The notes: generated by a model from the sequence alone, not told the origin. Shown: positions 10,628 through 20,740, numbered from the stretch's first letter. The stretch: 64,000 nt of DNA from an uncultured delta proteobacterium (GCA_963830715.1 CAWHNS010000020.1:102148-166147); one strand, 5' to 3'. Numbers and translations: made by a program.

Positions 10628-11421
10628 ATGAGCCCCCGGAAGGTGCTGCCCTATTGTCTCGGAAGCGCGCTTTGCGCTGCCGTCGCCCTGCTTGCGGCGG
10701 CTGCGCCACGTCCGGCCCAACCAGGACAGCCACAACGGTGGTCGTAGAAAAACCGGGCGTGGCAAAACCGAGCGCGCCAACACCGATTGCACCGGCCATG
10801 GTCACCGTCGCGGTGGCCGAGTTCGAGGGCGGCAGCGTACCGCCCGACAAGAAGACCGAGTTCTGGGGCAGGGCGCTCGCGAGCTTCATCGGCGCCGATC
10901 TCGGCGCGTCGCCAAGCGTGAAGTTGGTCGATCGCGAGCACCTGAACGAAATTCTTCGCGAACAGCGTCTCAGTATGGGCGATCTCTCCGATCCCGACAC
11001 CCGCCTGCGCGTTGGACGGATCGCGGGTGCGAAGTACTTCGTTTTCGGAACATACACTATCGTGGGCGGCACCGCGGCGTTGACCGCGCGCATGGATTCC
11101 GTCGAGACCGGCCAGATTATAGATTCCCGCAGCGTCAGCGGCCCGCCGGACGATATGCGGAAGCTATCGCGGCAACTTAGCGTAGCCTTTCTGGCCCCGA
11201 TCGATAGCATCCTCGCCGAGCAGGAGGCCCACGAAGCGCCGCCACAGGGCGCCCCAGTCGCGGCGGCCACGAGCTACTTCTCACAGGGATTGACGGATGA
11301 ACGGCGCGGAGATTACGAGAAGGCGATCGACATGTACACCAGGGCGCTCACTGTCTCCCCGCATTACCAGGAAGCGCAGGACCATCTGGCGAAAGTATCA
11401 GAGGCCGCAGCCCGCCAGTAG
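10628..11421 (+). CDS. CsgG-like lipoprotein with C-terminal TPR-like helix; signal peptide in a different frame from the domain (frameshift ~10700-10740)
   Basis: MSPRKVLPYCLGSALCAAVALLAAAAP then VTVAVAEFEGGS...VKLVDREHLNEILREQRLSMGDLSDPDTRLRVGRIAGAKYFVFGTYTIVGG (CsgG family pattern). Confidence 0.65.
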
Positions 11422-11441
11422 TTTCGTCTAGGGCGGTATCG

Positions 11442-12302
11442 ATGGGAAAATCCGCCAAGCTTTTGGTGGTCGCCTTGGCAATTGGATTGCTGATCGCGTC
11501 GAACGCGATCGCCCAACGCAGTTCCCCTAATCTGCCCGAAGGGAAGACGGTTCCCGCGCCAGATACCGAGCACCAACTCGCTTTGCTCGTCGCATCGTCG
11601 TTCGCGGGCGAGAGTGAGATGCGCGATGAGACCCACAATGACATTGTGGCGATCGGCGACGGCCTGCGGCAGCGCGGCTTCTCTCCGCAGGAAATCGCGG
11701 TCCTGGAAGGCGCGCCGCTCACTCGCCAATCGCTTACGGAATTCCTGCGCGCGGCCGGGCGCCGAGTCTCACACTGGCAAAGCGGAAAGGTGTTCTTCTA
11801 CTTCGCCGGTCATGGAAACTACGTCGGCAGGAGGGTCGGTCTGCAACTGGCGGACGATCCGGGTGACGAAGAGGGCAGGCCTTCCCGCTCTCTGATGTTC
11901 TGGGATGAAGCGCTGGCATCTCTTGACCTGCCGGCCGGAATCCAACTCTTCTTGCTCCCCGACTCGTGACACACCAACCTTCTCGCCGGCCGTGTGCCGG
12001 CGAACCTGGTTGCGATAGTCATCAAGGCTCCGCCAGGAGCCGAGTTCCTGTGCAAGGCCGGCAACGCATATTTCGACAACGGCCACGGCAAAGCCGTCGA
12101 ACGCGGCGTGATTTCGTACTACGCCGCTCAGTCGCTCCCATCGGCCACTACCGTTGAATCCTGGCTGGCCCGGATCGATGCGTTGATCGAGGTTGACTTT
12201 CGGCGGCATCGACTAGGCCGGCTGGAAAGACCCCCTCTGCAGGTGTTGGGAAATGGGAGAGCGAGCCTTCCCGGGATGGCGGTGTTGCCTGCGCAAGACT
12301 GA
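11442..12302 (+). CDS. secreted metacaspase-like peptidase C14 with in-frame TGA (11967-11969) at the catalytic cysteine position; candidate selenoprotein, or disrupted gene
   Basis: Signal peptide MGKSAKLLVVALAIGLLIASNAIA; HQLALLVASSF, KVFFYFAGHGN (catalytic His), DDEALASLDLPAGIQLFLLPDS-TGA-HTNLLAG matching metacaspase DSCHSG; in-frame continuation 111 codons to 12302. Confidence 0.6.
11976..12011 (+). promoter_or_regulatory. SECIS-like stem-loop 6-40 nt downstream of the in-frame UGA: lower stem aacc/ggtt, internal loop, 8-bp GC upper stem tcgccggc/gccggcga, apical loop CGUGU
   Basis: Perfect 8-bp inverted repeat read directly in sequence; apical loop contains GU; apical loop ~21 nt from UGA (within bacterial SECIS range). 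Confidence 0.45.
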
Positions 12303-12433
12303 CCATCGATCGAGCGATACCGGCGCGACGATCGGATTATAGCGCCGTTCGCTCGACTGCGCGGCGAGCAACTCGCACGCCGAGGATGCTCGAAATCCCG
12401 GCGTAGCAGGTTGCGTTTGCAAAGCGGTTTGAT

Positions 12434-15400
12434 TTGGGCTATCGATCTGCGGACTTTCGGGGGATGCCCGTGCCAAGGTTGGCTTCACAGCGTTTCAGAA
12501 AAAGATGTTCAGCGTTTCTACGCGACGCACATTTCGCGGTCGTGAGGAACGTGTGTCTTCTCGCGTTGGCGCTGCTATTCGCAGGCTGTCTGGATCCCAA
12601 CTGCCCTTCGTGCCCGCCGCCCAAGCGCGCAGCGACGCCAACTCCCAAACCTACGCCTAGACCCCCGACCCCGACGCCCACCCCGACGCCGACGCCAACC
12701 CCACCGCCTCCGCCGACTCCCACGCCTACGCCAACACCGCCTCCGACGCCCACACCGGCGCCATCGCCGTCACCTACGGCGACCGCACCACCTACGCCGA
12801 CTCCGACGCCAACCCCAACACCGCCTCCGACGCCCACACCAACGCCATCGCCGTCACCTACGGCGACCGCACCACCTACGCCGACTCCGACTCCAACACC
12901 GACGCCGACTCCCACGCCGACTCCGACTCCAACTCCGACTCCGACCCCAACTCCGACTCCGACCCCAACGCCGACGCCGACACCCACGCCTACTCCTACG
13001 CCAACGCCGACCCCTACGCCGACTCCAACACCGACGCCGACCCCGACCCCGACGCTAACCCCAACACCGACGCCCACGCCAACGCCGACTCCGACACCAA
13101 CGCCGCCGCCGCCTCCGACTCCAACCCCAACACCGACGGCGACCCAGGTTCCCATCTTCGAAGAGAGTTCGACGCCCACGCCGACCCCGACTCCTGCGCC
13201 CCCACCGATCTTCAACGTTTACGGTCAGGCGATGGGCGGATTTAATCCGATTTCCGGCTCTTCTGTGACGCTTCTCCAGGCCTCCGCCAGCCCAGGAGGC
13301 GGTGCGACTATCCTGGGCACGACGACCAGCGACTCCGGCGGTAACTTCTCGATTGTGCTGCAAGGCTTTCCACCGCAGGGTTCCATCCTGTACCTGCTGG
13401 CGAGCGGCGGTGATGCCGGCGGCGGGGCGAACACCGCGATCGAGCTGATGTCGATCATCGGTCAGGTCGGCAACACCGTGCCTACGACCGGTCCGATAAA
13501 TGCGACGATCAACGAGCTGACCACGGTCGCGTCGGCATACGTGGCCTCGAACTTCATCAGCGACGAGACCAATATCGCGGACAATTCTTTTGGCGCGCTG
13601 GCGGGCGCGGTCTCGGGAATCGGCAACCTCGTTAACGTTCAGACCGGCGGACTGGGGGGCACGATCACGAGGGGCAACAACGATCCGACCAAGCTGGTAA
13701 CGCTGGCGAACGCGCTGGCGAATTGCGTGCAGGCAACTGCAGGCTCAACTCCATGTACGAACCTGTTCAACGCCGCAGATTCGTCGTTCGATACGCTCGC
13801 TGCGATTATCAGCATCAACAAGTATCCCGCGAGCAGCGTCGGCGCGATTCTCGGTTTGGGGTCGAGCGGTCCGTATGCTGCGCCTCCGACGCCGACCCCT
13901 AGCCCGACGCCGACGCCCAGCGACTTGACGCTCGAGGTGAACTTCACTGCCGGTCAGCTGAATGATCCTTCCGGCATTGCGATCGACGGTTCGGACAACG
14001 TCTGGGTGCCGAACCGATTGGGGAACAGTGTGACGGAGTTGAATCCCTCCGGAACCCCGGCGCCCGGGAGTCCCTTTACCGTCGGCGGGCTGGGCCCTGA
14101 CGCCATTGCGATCGATGGCTCCGGCAATGCCTGGATTGCGAACCAAGGGTCGGCAGCGGATGATTTCCTAGCCAACAGTGTAACCGAGTTGAATTCCTTC
14201 GGCATGGCGGTCGGCAATTTCACCGGCGGCGGGCTGGGTGATCCTACAGGCATTGCGATCGACGGCTCCGGCAACGTTTGGGTGTCGAACTATTTTGGCC
14301 TGACTGTAGGCGTGAACGGCGGTGTGACGGAGTTGTTCGGCGGTGACACACCCACTGCTTGCCCGACTATACCCGTGAGCGGCGACACGGGATGTCCGGT
14401 CTCCGGGTCGCCCTTCATCCTCGGCGGGCTAGATGGGCCTTCGGGCATTGCGATCGACGGCTCCGGCAACGCCTGGGTGACGAACGGACAAATTCTGCCA
14501 AACGCCAACAGTGTGACCGAGTTGAATCCCTCCGGCGCCGCGCTCTCACCGGCAAACGGGTTCATGGGCGGCGGGCTGAGCGGTCCTTCTGCCGTCGCGA
14601 TCGACGGCTCCGGCAACGCCTGGGTGACGAACAGCTTCGCCAGCGCAAACAGTGTGACGGAGTTGAATCCCTCTGGCACGGCGGTCGGCAATTTCACCGG
14701 CGGCGGGCTGTCCGGTCCTGCGGGCATTGCAATCGATGGCGCCAACAACGTCTGGGTGGCGAACGCAGGCAGCGACACCGTGACGGAGTTGAATTCCTCA
14801 GGCATCGTTCTCACACCGGCAATCGACGCAAGCGGCGGTGTGGGGGGAGATCCTGATGCGATTGCGATCGACGGGGCGGGCAACGTCTGGGTCGCCATCT
14901 CGGGTAACGCCGTAACCGAGATTATCGGCGCAGGCGCGCCGACCAAGACGCCGTTGCAGGCGCGGCTCGCGTCGCTGCCGGCTGCCGGGCACTTCGTCTA
15001 CACCAACGACGACAACAGTCCCAATACCGTCTCGGGATTTTCAGTCGCATCCAACGGCGTACTGACGCTGCTTGCCGACTCGCCGTTTTCTACCGGCGGC
15101 AGCGGCAGCCCGTTCGGTTTCCACGGAAGTAATCTCATAGTCATCAACGGAACCGTACTGTTTGCCAGCAACAGCGGTGTACCCGCTGGCGGCGGCAGCG
15201 AAAGCATCAGCGTCTTCGCAATCAACCCCAGTAGCGGCGATCTCGTGCCGGTGGCGGGCTCGCCCTTTCCAGTCGGGGCTACGCATAGGGGTGACATCTC
15301 GCTGGCGGTAACTCCCAACGGCCAATTCCTGTTCGCCAGCGACCCTGGAACGTCCGAGATCTTCGCCTTCAGCGTCGGCTCCGGGGGACCATTGACGGCG

Positions 15401-16054
15401 GTGCCCGGCTCGCCTTTCCCGAGTGGCGGGCTAATCGCCGGTGGCACGGAGGTCACAGCGAACAGTCAGTTTTTGGCGGTAGCGCTGGCAGGTTCCAGCG
15501 CGATCGCCACTTTCGGCATCGGCAGCAACGGTGCACTCACGCCCGTGGCTGGCTCGCCCTTTTCTGCGGGAAACGAAGTGGCTGGAATCGACATCAACGC
15601 GACGAGTACTCTTCTGTTTGGAGGCGGCGCTGGCTCTGGCACTACCGTTGACGTCTTCAACCTGGCGTCCAACGGGGCGTTGGCCCCGACCGCCAGCTCA
15701 CCCTTCAGCTTCCCCAGCGTTGGAAGCAGCTCGAGCGTCGTGCGGCTCAGTCCCAGCCAGCAGCTCCTGTTCGTCAGTAACCAAGAGAGCAGCACAGTCA
15801 CGGATTTCACGGTAGACGGCAGCGGCAATTTGACGCTCGTAGCGGGAGCGCCCTTCGCGGTCCCCGGCATCTCGGTGCCCTCCGGAATGGACACAGACCC
15901 TGCTGGTTCGTTCCTGTACGTCGCTGCGTCGGTACCTAACGCCGTCAGCGTATTTTCGATCGCTGGCAATGGAACGCTAACGCCGCTTGGCTCGTTCGGG
16001 ACGGCCCAGGGCGCAACGCTGGCATCCTTAGCGGCATTTCCTGCGACGCGGTGA
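12434..16054 (+). CDS. large lipoprotein/surface protein: lipobox signal, ~190-aa Pro-Thr linker, NHL-repeat beta-propeller, lactonase-type 7-bladed beta-propeller (likely start GTG ~12542)
   Basis: [16 protein letters not shown] lipobox; (TP)n; repeated GIAIDGSGN(A/V)[13 protein letters not shown] units x7; then [25 protein letters not shown] / [12 protein letters not shown] / [14 protein letters not shown] lactonase-propeller repeats. Confidence 0.8.
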   Translation: MGYRSADFRGMPVPRLASQRFRKRCSAFLRDAHFAVVRNVCLLALALLFAGCLDPNCPSCPPPKRAATPTPKPTPRPPTPTPTPTPTPTPPPPPTPTPTPTPPPTPTPAPSPSPTATAPPTPTPTPTPTPPPTPTPTPSPSPTATAPPTPTPTPTPTPTPTPTPTPTPTPTPTPTPTPTPTPTPTPTPTPTPTPTPTPTPTPTPTPTLTPTPTPTPTPTPTPTPPPPPTPTPTPTATQVPIFEESSTPTPTPTPAPPPIFNVYGQAMGGFNPISGSSVTLLQASASPGGGATILGTTTSDSGGNFSIVLQGFPPQGSILYLLASGGDAGGGANTAIELMSIIGQVGNTVPTTGPINATINELTTVASAYVASNFISDETNIADNSFGALAGAVSGIGNLVNVQTGGLGGTITRGNNDPTKLVTLANALANCVQATAGSTPCTNLFNAADSSFDTLAAIISINKYPASSVGAILGLGSSGPYAAPPTPTPSPTPTPSDLTLEVNFTAGQLNDPSGIAIDGSDNVWVPNRLGNSVTELNPSGTPAPGSPFTVGGLGPDAIAIDGSGNAWIANQGSAADDFLANSVTELNSFGMAVGNFTGGGLGDPTGIAIDGSGNVWVSNYFGLTVGVNGGVTELFGGDTPTACPTIPVSGDTGCPVSGSPFILGGLDGPSGIAIDGSGNAWVTNGQILPNANSVTELNPSGAALSPANGFMGGGLSGPSAVAIDGSGNAWVTNSFASANSVTELNPSGTAVGNFTGGGLSGPAGIAIDGANNVWVANAGSDTVTELNSSGIVLTPAIDASGGVGGDPDAIAIDGAGNVWVAISGNAVTEIIGAGAPTKTPLQARLASLPAAGHFVYTNDDNSPNTVSGFSVASNGVLTLLADSPFSTGGSGSPFGFHGSNLIVINGTVLFASNSGVPAGGGSESISVFAINPSSGDLVPVAGSPFPVGATHRGDISLAVTPNGQFLFASDPGTSEIFAFSVGSGGPLTAVPGSPFPSGGLIAGGTEVTANSQFLAVALAGSSAIATFGIGSNGALTPVAGSPFSAGNEVAGIDINATSTLLFGGGAGSGTTVDVFNLASNGALAPTASSPFSFPSVGSSSSVVRLSPSQQLLFVSNQESSTVTDFTVDGSGNLTLVAGAPFAVPGISVPSGMDTDPAGSFLYVAASVPNAVSVFSIAGNGTLTPLGSFGTAQGATLASLAAFPATR
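12640..13200. repeat. hexanucleotide-type tandem repeat (ACN CCN)n encoding the Pro-Thr linker
   Basis: ccgacgccgactccgac... repeated >80 times; the antisense reads as (GV)n ORF 12439..13215. Confidence 0.9.
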
Positions 16055-16134
16055 TGGCAGCTCCCTTTTTGCATATGGGGCCCGAAGATGAAACTCGCAC
16101 GTCAGGTGTCGCCGCAAACGAGGGAGAGCGCGCA

Positions 16135-17538
16135 ATGAACTCGCATCGGCAAATCGCAGCGGTCGGAACTATCGCAGCCGCTCTTGTCGCGCTGGCGTTG
16201 TGCGGGTTTGGCCGGCTTGGGGCCGGACTGGCCTTTGCCGATCAGCCCAAAGGCGCCGCCGCGCCGGCAGGTTCGAGCAATGCCGAGCCGGGCGCGCTGG
16301 TTTCCAGCGGAATCAACGCCTACGATCAGGGCGACTACTCGGGGGCGATAAACGATCTCAGCGCGGCCCAGAAACTCTATCCCACGAACAGCTCGGTTTC
16401 GCTCTATCTGGGCCTGGCCTACCTCAAGCAGGACCGGCTCGCCGACGCGATCGCTGCCTGGCAGCGGTACCTCAAACTGAAGCCCTCCACCGAGGCCGAG
16501 CGGACGGGCGATCTTTCACAGAAAATTCCGCAATATCTGACCATCCTGCTGCGCGAGCACGACCATCAGCAGGCCGAGGAGGCGGTCGCGCACGAGCGCG
16601 AGATCGGTCCCGGCGACCCGCATACGGTCGCGATCACCTACTACCGCAATCTTGGCTCTCCGTTTCTGAACGTCCTTCGCAAGGGCTTGGCCGCGCTTCT
16701 GATCGATGACGTTTCCAAGGTGCCGGGTATCAAGGTGGTCGAGCGCGATCGGATGCAAGCCCTGCTCGACGAGATGAAGCTCGGTTCCAGCGGCTTGGCC
16801 AGCTCCACGACCGCCGCGCGGACAGGGCGTCTCCTGGGCGCAGGACGAGTGGCAACCGGCAGCTACGTGGACCCAACAGCGGCGGAACTCAATATCGACT
16901 CCGCGCTGATGGATACGTCCGCAGCGCATGGCGGGTCTACTCAGGCCGCGAACGGAAGGACCGCCCAGTTCTACGAGATCGAGAAGCAACTTGCCGCCAA
17001 GCTCTTGAAGGACCTTGGTCACGACGAGAGCACTCTGCCCGAAGGCGTCGTGCGGGAGATACAGAAACCGCAGACCGTTCGCTATTCGGCATTCGAGAGC
17101 TTCTCGAGAGGCCTCGACGCGAGGGATCGGCAAGACTATCCGGCGGCGCGCGGCTTTTTCCAGCAAGCGCTGACCTACGACCCGAACTTCAAGCTGGCCG
17201 GATTGGAGCTGCTCTATACTCCAACGGCGCCACTTGCAGTTCGTGCGATCCAGAGCAATGTCCGCTCCTCGGCGCCATCCGCGTCTGCGGCGGCGGCTGC
17301 CGCTGCGGCCGCGGCTGCGAGCGCTGGAGCGGGGGTATCGACTGCGACAGGCGGCGGATCGACCGGCGGCGGATCGACCGGCGGCGGATCGACCGGCGGG
17401 CCGACTGGCGGCGTGCCGACGGGTGGCGCGCCAGCGGTGCCGATAGGCGGGTTGACAAATGGCGCGACGATTCCCCCCGTGCCACCGCCATGCCCGCCAT
17501 TGATCTGTCCGGCATGCGTGGTAGCGGTGCACAGATGA
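16135..17538 (+). CDS. lipoprotein with TPR repeats flanking a CsgG-like domain; Ala-rich and GGST-repeat C-terminal low-complexity tail
   Basis: MNSHRQIAAVGTIAAALVALALCGFG; TPR-like YDQGDYSGAINDLSAAQKLYPTNSSVSLYLGLAYLKQDRLADAIAAWQRYL; TVAITYYRNLGSPFLNVLRKGLAALLIDDVSKVPGIKVVERDRMQALLDEMKLGSSG. Confidence 0.65.
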   Translation: MNSHRQIAAVGTIAAALVALALCGFGRLGAGLAFADQPKGAAAPAGSSNAEPGALVSSGINAYDQGDYSGAINDLSAAQKLYPTNSSVSLYLGLAYLKQDRLADAIAAWQRYLKLKPSTEAERTGDLSQKIPQYLTILLREHDHQQAEEAVAHEREIGPGDPHTVAITYYRNLGSPFLNVLRKGLAALLIDDVSKVPGIKVVERDRMQALLDEMKLGSSGLASSTTAARTGRLLGAGRVATGSYVDPTAAELNIDSALMDTSAAHGGSTQAANGRTAQFYEIEKQLAAKLLKDLGHDESTLPEGVVREIQKPQTVRYSAFESFSRGLDARDRQDYPAARGFFQQALTYDPNFKLAGLELLYTPTAPLAVRAIQSNVRSSAPSASAAAAAAAAAAASAGAGVSTATGGGSTGGGSTGGGSTGGPTGGVPTGGAPAVPIGGLTNGATIPPVPPPCPPLICPACVVAVHR

Positions 17539-18338
17539 GAACCTCGACTTCGAGACGCCGCCACGGCTGCCTATTGACGGCGTCGACCGGGTGGATGGCA
17601 TTGAGCATGATCCTGCTCGCCATCGGCTCCGGATGGTGCCAGAGCGCAGGTCCTTCTCCGGCGACGCCGAGCAGCATCCTTTCGGATCCATTGGCGATCC
17701 AGCGGCCCGGCCAGCTAAGTCTTCTGTTGTTCGGCGGCGGGTACCGGAGCGACGAGTCCGCTACTACTGAGGAGGGATTTCAGCTCGAACAGAGCCTGAC
17801 AAAGGACATCGGGGTGGTCGCGCGCGCGATCGGGTATCAGCTTTACATGGGAGCCGGCTTCGGCGATCCTCTGGCGCCGAGCGAGGGCCATAACGCGCGA
17901 TTTAATTTCGGCCGCTTTGAAGGCGGATTCGATTTCGCGCTGGTCCCCGGCACCAACTTCTACATATTGGGCGGCGGCGATGCCGCCGACAGTCACGCAG
18001 GAGTGGTCGAAGGCGACTTCACGAGTTGGCTGTTCATGCGAAGCAGCCATCCGATCAACCTCGCGATGAGCGCCAACTACGACTCGCAGAATCGCGTAAC
18101 CAGCAGCGAGATCGACCTTCGCATGATTCTGTATTCAAATGAGCAGATGCTGCTGATCGGCGGCGTGGGCGGAGCGATCTTCGGCGGCGGATTCGTGCCG
18201 AACGTGGATGGCGAAGGCGGGGGAATCGTAGGAATCTATTTTCCCAAGTGGCAGATCGGATTGGACGGCCAGCGCCGGCTACGGGGGAGCAAAGACCTAC
18301 GGTCAGGTAAGCCTTTACAAGCGCTTCCGCTGGACTGA
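17535..18338 (+). CDS. putative outer-membrane beta-barrel protein (signal peptide; Gly/aromatic-rich); C-terminal end possibly frameshifted (~18260)
   Basis: MRTSTSRRRHGCLLTASTGWMALSMILLAIGSGWCQSAG; alternating G/Y/F-rich strands; alternative frame gives ...GYGGAKTYGQVSLYKRFRWTE*. Confidence 0.45.
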   Translation: MRTSTSRRRHGCLLTASTGWMALSMILLAIGSGWCQSAGPSPATPSSILSDPLAIQRPGQLSLLLFGGGYRSDESATTEEGFQLEQSLTKDIGVVARAIGYQLYMGAGFGDPLAPSEGHNARFNFGRFEGGFDFALVPGTNFYILGGGDAADSHAGVVEGDFTSWLFMRSSHPINLAMSANYDSQNRVTSSEIDLRMILYSNEQMLLIGGVGGAIFGGGFVPNVDGEGGGIVGIYFPKWQIGLDGQRRLRGSKDLRSGKPLQALPLD

Positions 18339-18384
18339 GTAGAGAGCAGAGTCCCCGGTCGTCGATCTCGGGCCTTGTGTCGCG

Positions 18385-19467
18385 GTGTCCGATGTTGCTA
18401 GAGTTAGCGTCAAGATGACGCAAAGCGAACTCATCCGCCCGGACTCGAACCCGAAGAACGCCTCCCGCAACGGTTGCATATCCGCCGCCGAGCTGCACCG
18501 GAAGCTGAGCGTGATCGATCCCGACGCCTACAATCGGGCCGTTTGCGAGCGCCACGCGGACACGATCGCTGAAGTGGCAAGGCTCAAGGCCGAGCGCCGC
18601 GCGATCATTCTGGCGCACAACTACCAGCGCCCCGAGATCTTCGAGGTCGCGGACTTTATCGGCGATTCGCTCGAGCTGGCGCGCAAGGCCAAGGAGGTGC
18701 GCGAGGCCGATATCATCGTGTTCTGCGGCGTGCATTTCATGGCCGAAACCGCCAAGGTGTTCAATCCCGATCGGATGGTGCTGCTGCCCGACCTGAGGGC
18801 CGGATGCTCGCTGGCGGACAGCGTCACCGCCGAGGCGCTGGCCGACCGCAAGCAGGAGCTCGCGCAACTGTATCCCGATCTCAAGGTCGTCTCATACGTC
18901 AACTGCACGGCCGACGTTAAGGCGCTCTCCGATGCCTGCTGCACTTCCGCCAACGCGGCTCAGGTCGTCAACGCGATCGATTCCGAGCACGTCCTGTTCG
19001 TCCCCGATCAGAACCTCGCCAACTACGTCCAGAGCCAGACCCGCAAGCAGATCATCTCATGGGACGGCAACTGCTACGTCCATCACCAGATAACTCCGGC
19101 GGAAGTGGAAAAGGTCAAGCGCGCAATTCCCGGAATCAAGGTGCTGGCTCATCCGGAATGCCGCAAGGACGTGCTCGCCCTGGCCGACGCCGTTCTCTCG
19201 ACCAGCGCGATGGTGCGTTACGCGGCGGAGAGCGAAGCGGACAAATTTCTGGTGGTGACCGAATGCGGCCTCTCCGACCGCCTGCTGATGGAGATCCCGA
19301 ACAAGCACTTCTACAAGTCCTGCAAGCTCTGCCGGTTCATGAAGATGATAACCCTCGAAGGCACGCTCGATTCGCTGCAAAACCTTCGCTACGAAATAAA
19401 GCTCGGCGGCGACGTCCGCGACGGTGCGCGCCGCGCGCTCGAGCGGATGCTCGAACTGAGCGCGTAG
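18385..19467 (+). CDS. nadA: quinolinate synthase NadA
   Basis: ILAHNYQRPEI, IIVFCGVHFMAETAK, ISWDGNCYVH, conserved Cys ligands; full length. Confidence 0.9.
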   Translation: MSDVARVSVKMTQSELIRPDSNPKNASRNGCISAAELHRKLSVIDPDAYNRAVCERHADTIAEVARLKAERRAIILAHNYQRPEIFEVADFIGDSLELARKAKEVREADIIVFCGVHFMAETAKVFNPDRMVLLPDLRAGCSLADSVTAEALADRKQELAQLYPDLKVVSYVNCTADVKALSDACCTSANAAQVVNAIDSEHVLFVPDQNLANYVQSQTRKQIISWDGNCYVHHQITPAEVEKVKRAIPGIKVLAHPECRKDVLALADAVLSTSAMVRYAAESEADKFLVVTECGLSDRLLMEIPNKHFYKSCKLCRFMKMITLEGTLDSLQNLRYEIKLGGDVRDGARRALERMLELSA

Positions 19468-19490
19468 CCTTATCTTCGGAGTCCGCGCCA

Positions 19491-20250
19491 TTGCCGTCGC
19501 TCGAATCGGCGCAAGACCGTGCCCGCCAGGCCCTCTCGCCGAGGCGCGAGCTCGCCCCGGCGGACTATCCGCTCCGGTCGCGAACCGCGGGCAATCGACT
19601 CGCCCGGCCGAAAGTCGCCGTCGACACCGTTCTGTTCGCGATCGACGCCGGGCGCCTCAAGGCGTATCTGGTGCAGCTTCGCCGCGGAGCGCTCCGGCGC
19701 AGATGGGCGTTCGCGGGCGGGCTGGTCCAGGTCGGCGAGAGCCTGGAGGGAGCGGCGCGGCGCGAACTGCTGGCCGCGACGGGCGTCAGCGGCTCGTACC
19801 TCGAGCAGTTGTTCACCTTCGGCGATCCTTCGCGCGATCCAAAGGCGCACGTCGTTTCGGTGGCGTACATGGCGCTGATCTCCGATCCGGCGGCGGTCCG
19901 GACCGGCTCGAGCAAATACAGCGGCGGCAGATGGTTCGAAGTTTCAGCGCTGCCGGAGCTCGCATATGATCACTCGGTGATGGCGCGGCACGCGGTCAAC
20001 CGCCTGCGGTCAAAGCTGGAGTACACCAATATCGCCTGCAACCTGCTGCCGCGTACGTTCGCCTTCGCGCAACTCGAGGCCCTCTACTCCCTGATACTCG
20101 ACCGCCCGATCGATCGCCGCAACTTCCGCCGCCGGATTCTCGCGATGGGCCTGCTGAAGAGGTTGCCCGCCGAGCGCCGCGGGCTCATCGCCCGGCCGCC
20201 CTCTACAGTTTCGCGCGGCACAGCCCGCAGGTCGTGGAGATGCTATAATT
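19491..20250 (+). CDS. nrtR: NrtR (Nudix-related transcriptional regulator of NAD metabolism); TTG start; C-terminal frameshift ~20195 (true end ...RPAALYSFARHSPQVVEML*)
   Basis: Nudix fold DTVLFAIDAGRLKAYLVQLRRG...WAFAGGLVQVGESLEGAARREL; winged-helix tail FAFAQLEALYSLILDRPIDRRNFRRRILAMGLLKRL; adjacent to nadA. Confidence 0.75.
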
Positions 20251-20266
20251 GCTCGGAGAACGGCAG

Positions 20267-20686
20267 ATGTTTATCCGATCCAAAGCACTGTTGGCGCTGC
20301 TAGTCGGAGCGGCCGTGTTCGCGGCGCTCTCGTACGCCAGCTCTGAGGACGCTCGAAGTTCCGCCTCCGATCGTTCCTACTGTTGCGCGATCGGCTCAGC
20401 ACATGCGTCGGAGACGCTCGACCCGGCGCTTTTCAACGGCGAAGTTCGCGAGGCCTACGATCAGGCGCGGCACAATCCCGCGTTGCTCGCGCAGCTCCAC
20501 TGCTATTGCGGCTGCGACAAGATCAACGGCCACCGAAACCTTCTCGACTGTTTCCGCGATACCCACGGCAGCCGCTGCGAGATTTGCGTCGGCGAGGCGC
20601 TCGAAGCGAAGAGTCTGGCCGAGCAGGGAACTCCGGTCGCGCAAATCCGCGACGCGCTGCGCCGGCGCTTCGCCCCGGAGTTCTGA
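20267..20686 (+). CDS. secreted Cys-rich protein (CYCGC...C...CxxC motifs), possible periplasmic metal/redox-binding protein
   Basis: Signal peptide MFIRSKALLALLVGAAVFAALSYA; CCAIGSAH, HCYCGCDKINGHRNLLDCFRDTHGSRCEICVGEA. Confidence 0.5.
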   Translation: MFIRSKALLALLVGAAVFAALSYASSEDARSSASDRSYCCAIGSAHASETLDPALFNGEVREAYDQARHNPALLAQLHCYCGCDKINGHRNLLDCFRDTHGSRCEICVGEALEAKSLAEQGTPVAQIRDALRRRFAPEF

Positions 20687-20740
20687 TTCTGACAGTTGGT
20701 TTTGGAAAGATAGGCCGGCACGAAGGCCGCTCCAGACCCG

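Noticed and set aside
11967-11969. Interpreting the TGA simply as the stop of a 175-aa protein
   Set aside because: Not rejected outright. It is disfavoured because the stop falls precisely on the catalytic Cys codon of the C14 fold, the downstream frame continues protein-like for 111 codons, and a SECIS-like hairpin follows. A nonsense mutation remains the main alternative.
12439-13215. 258-aa minus-strand (GV)n ORF
   Set aside because: Reverse-complement reading of the (TP)n linker repeat; the plus-strand gene is the coherent one.
19059-19490. 5' part of ORF 19059..20303 overlapping nadA
   Set aside because: Out-of-frame overlap with nadA. The NrtR homology starts only after the nadA stop, so the start was set at TTG 19491.
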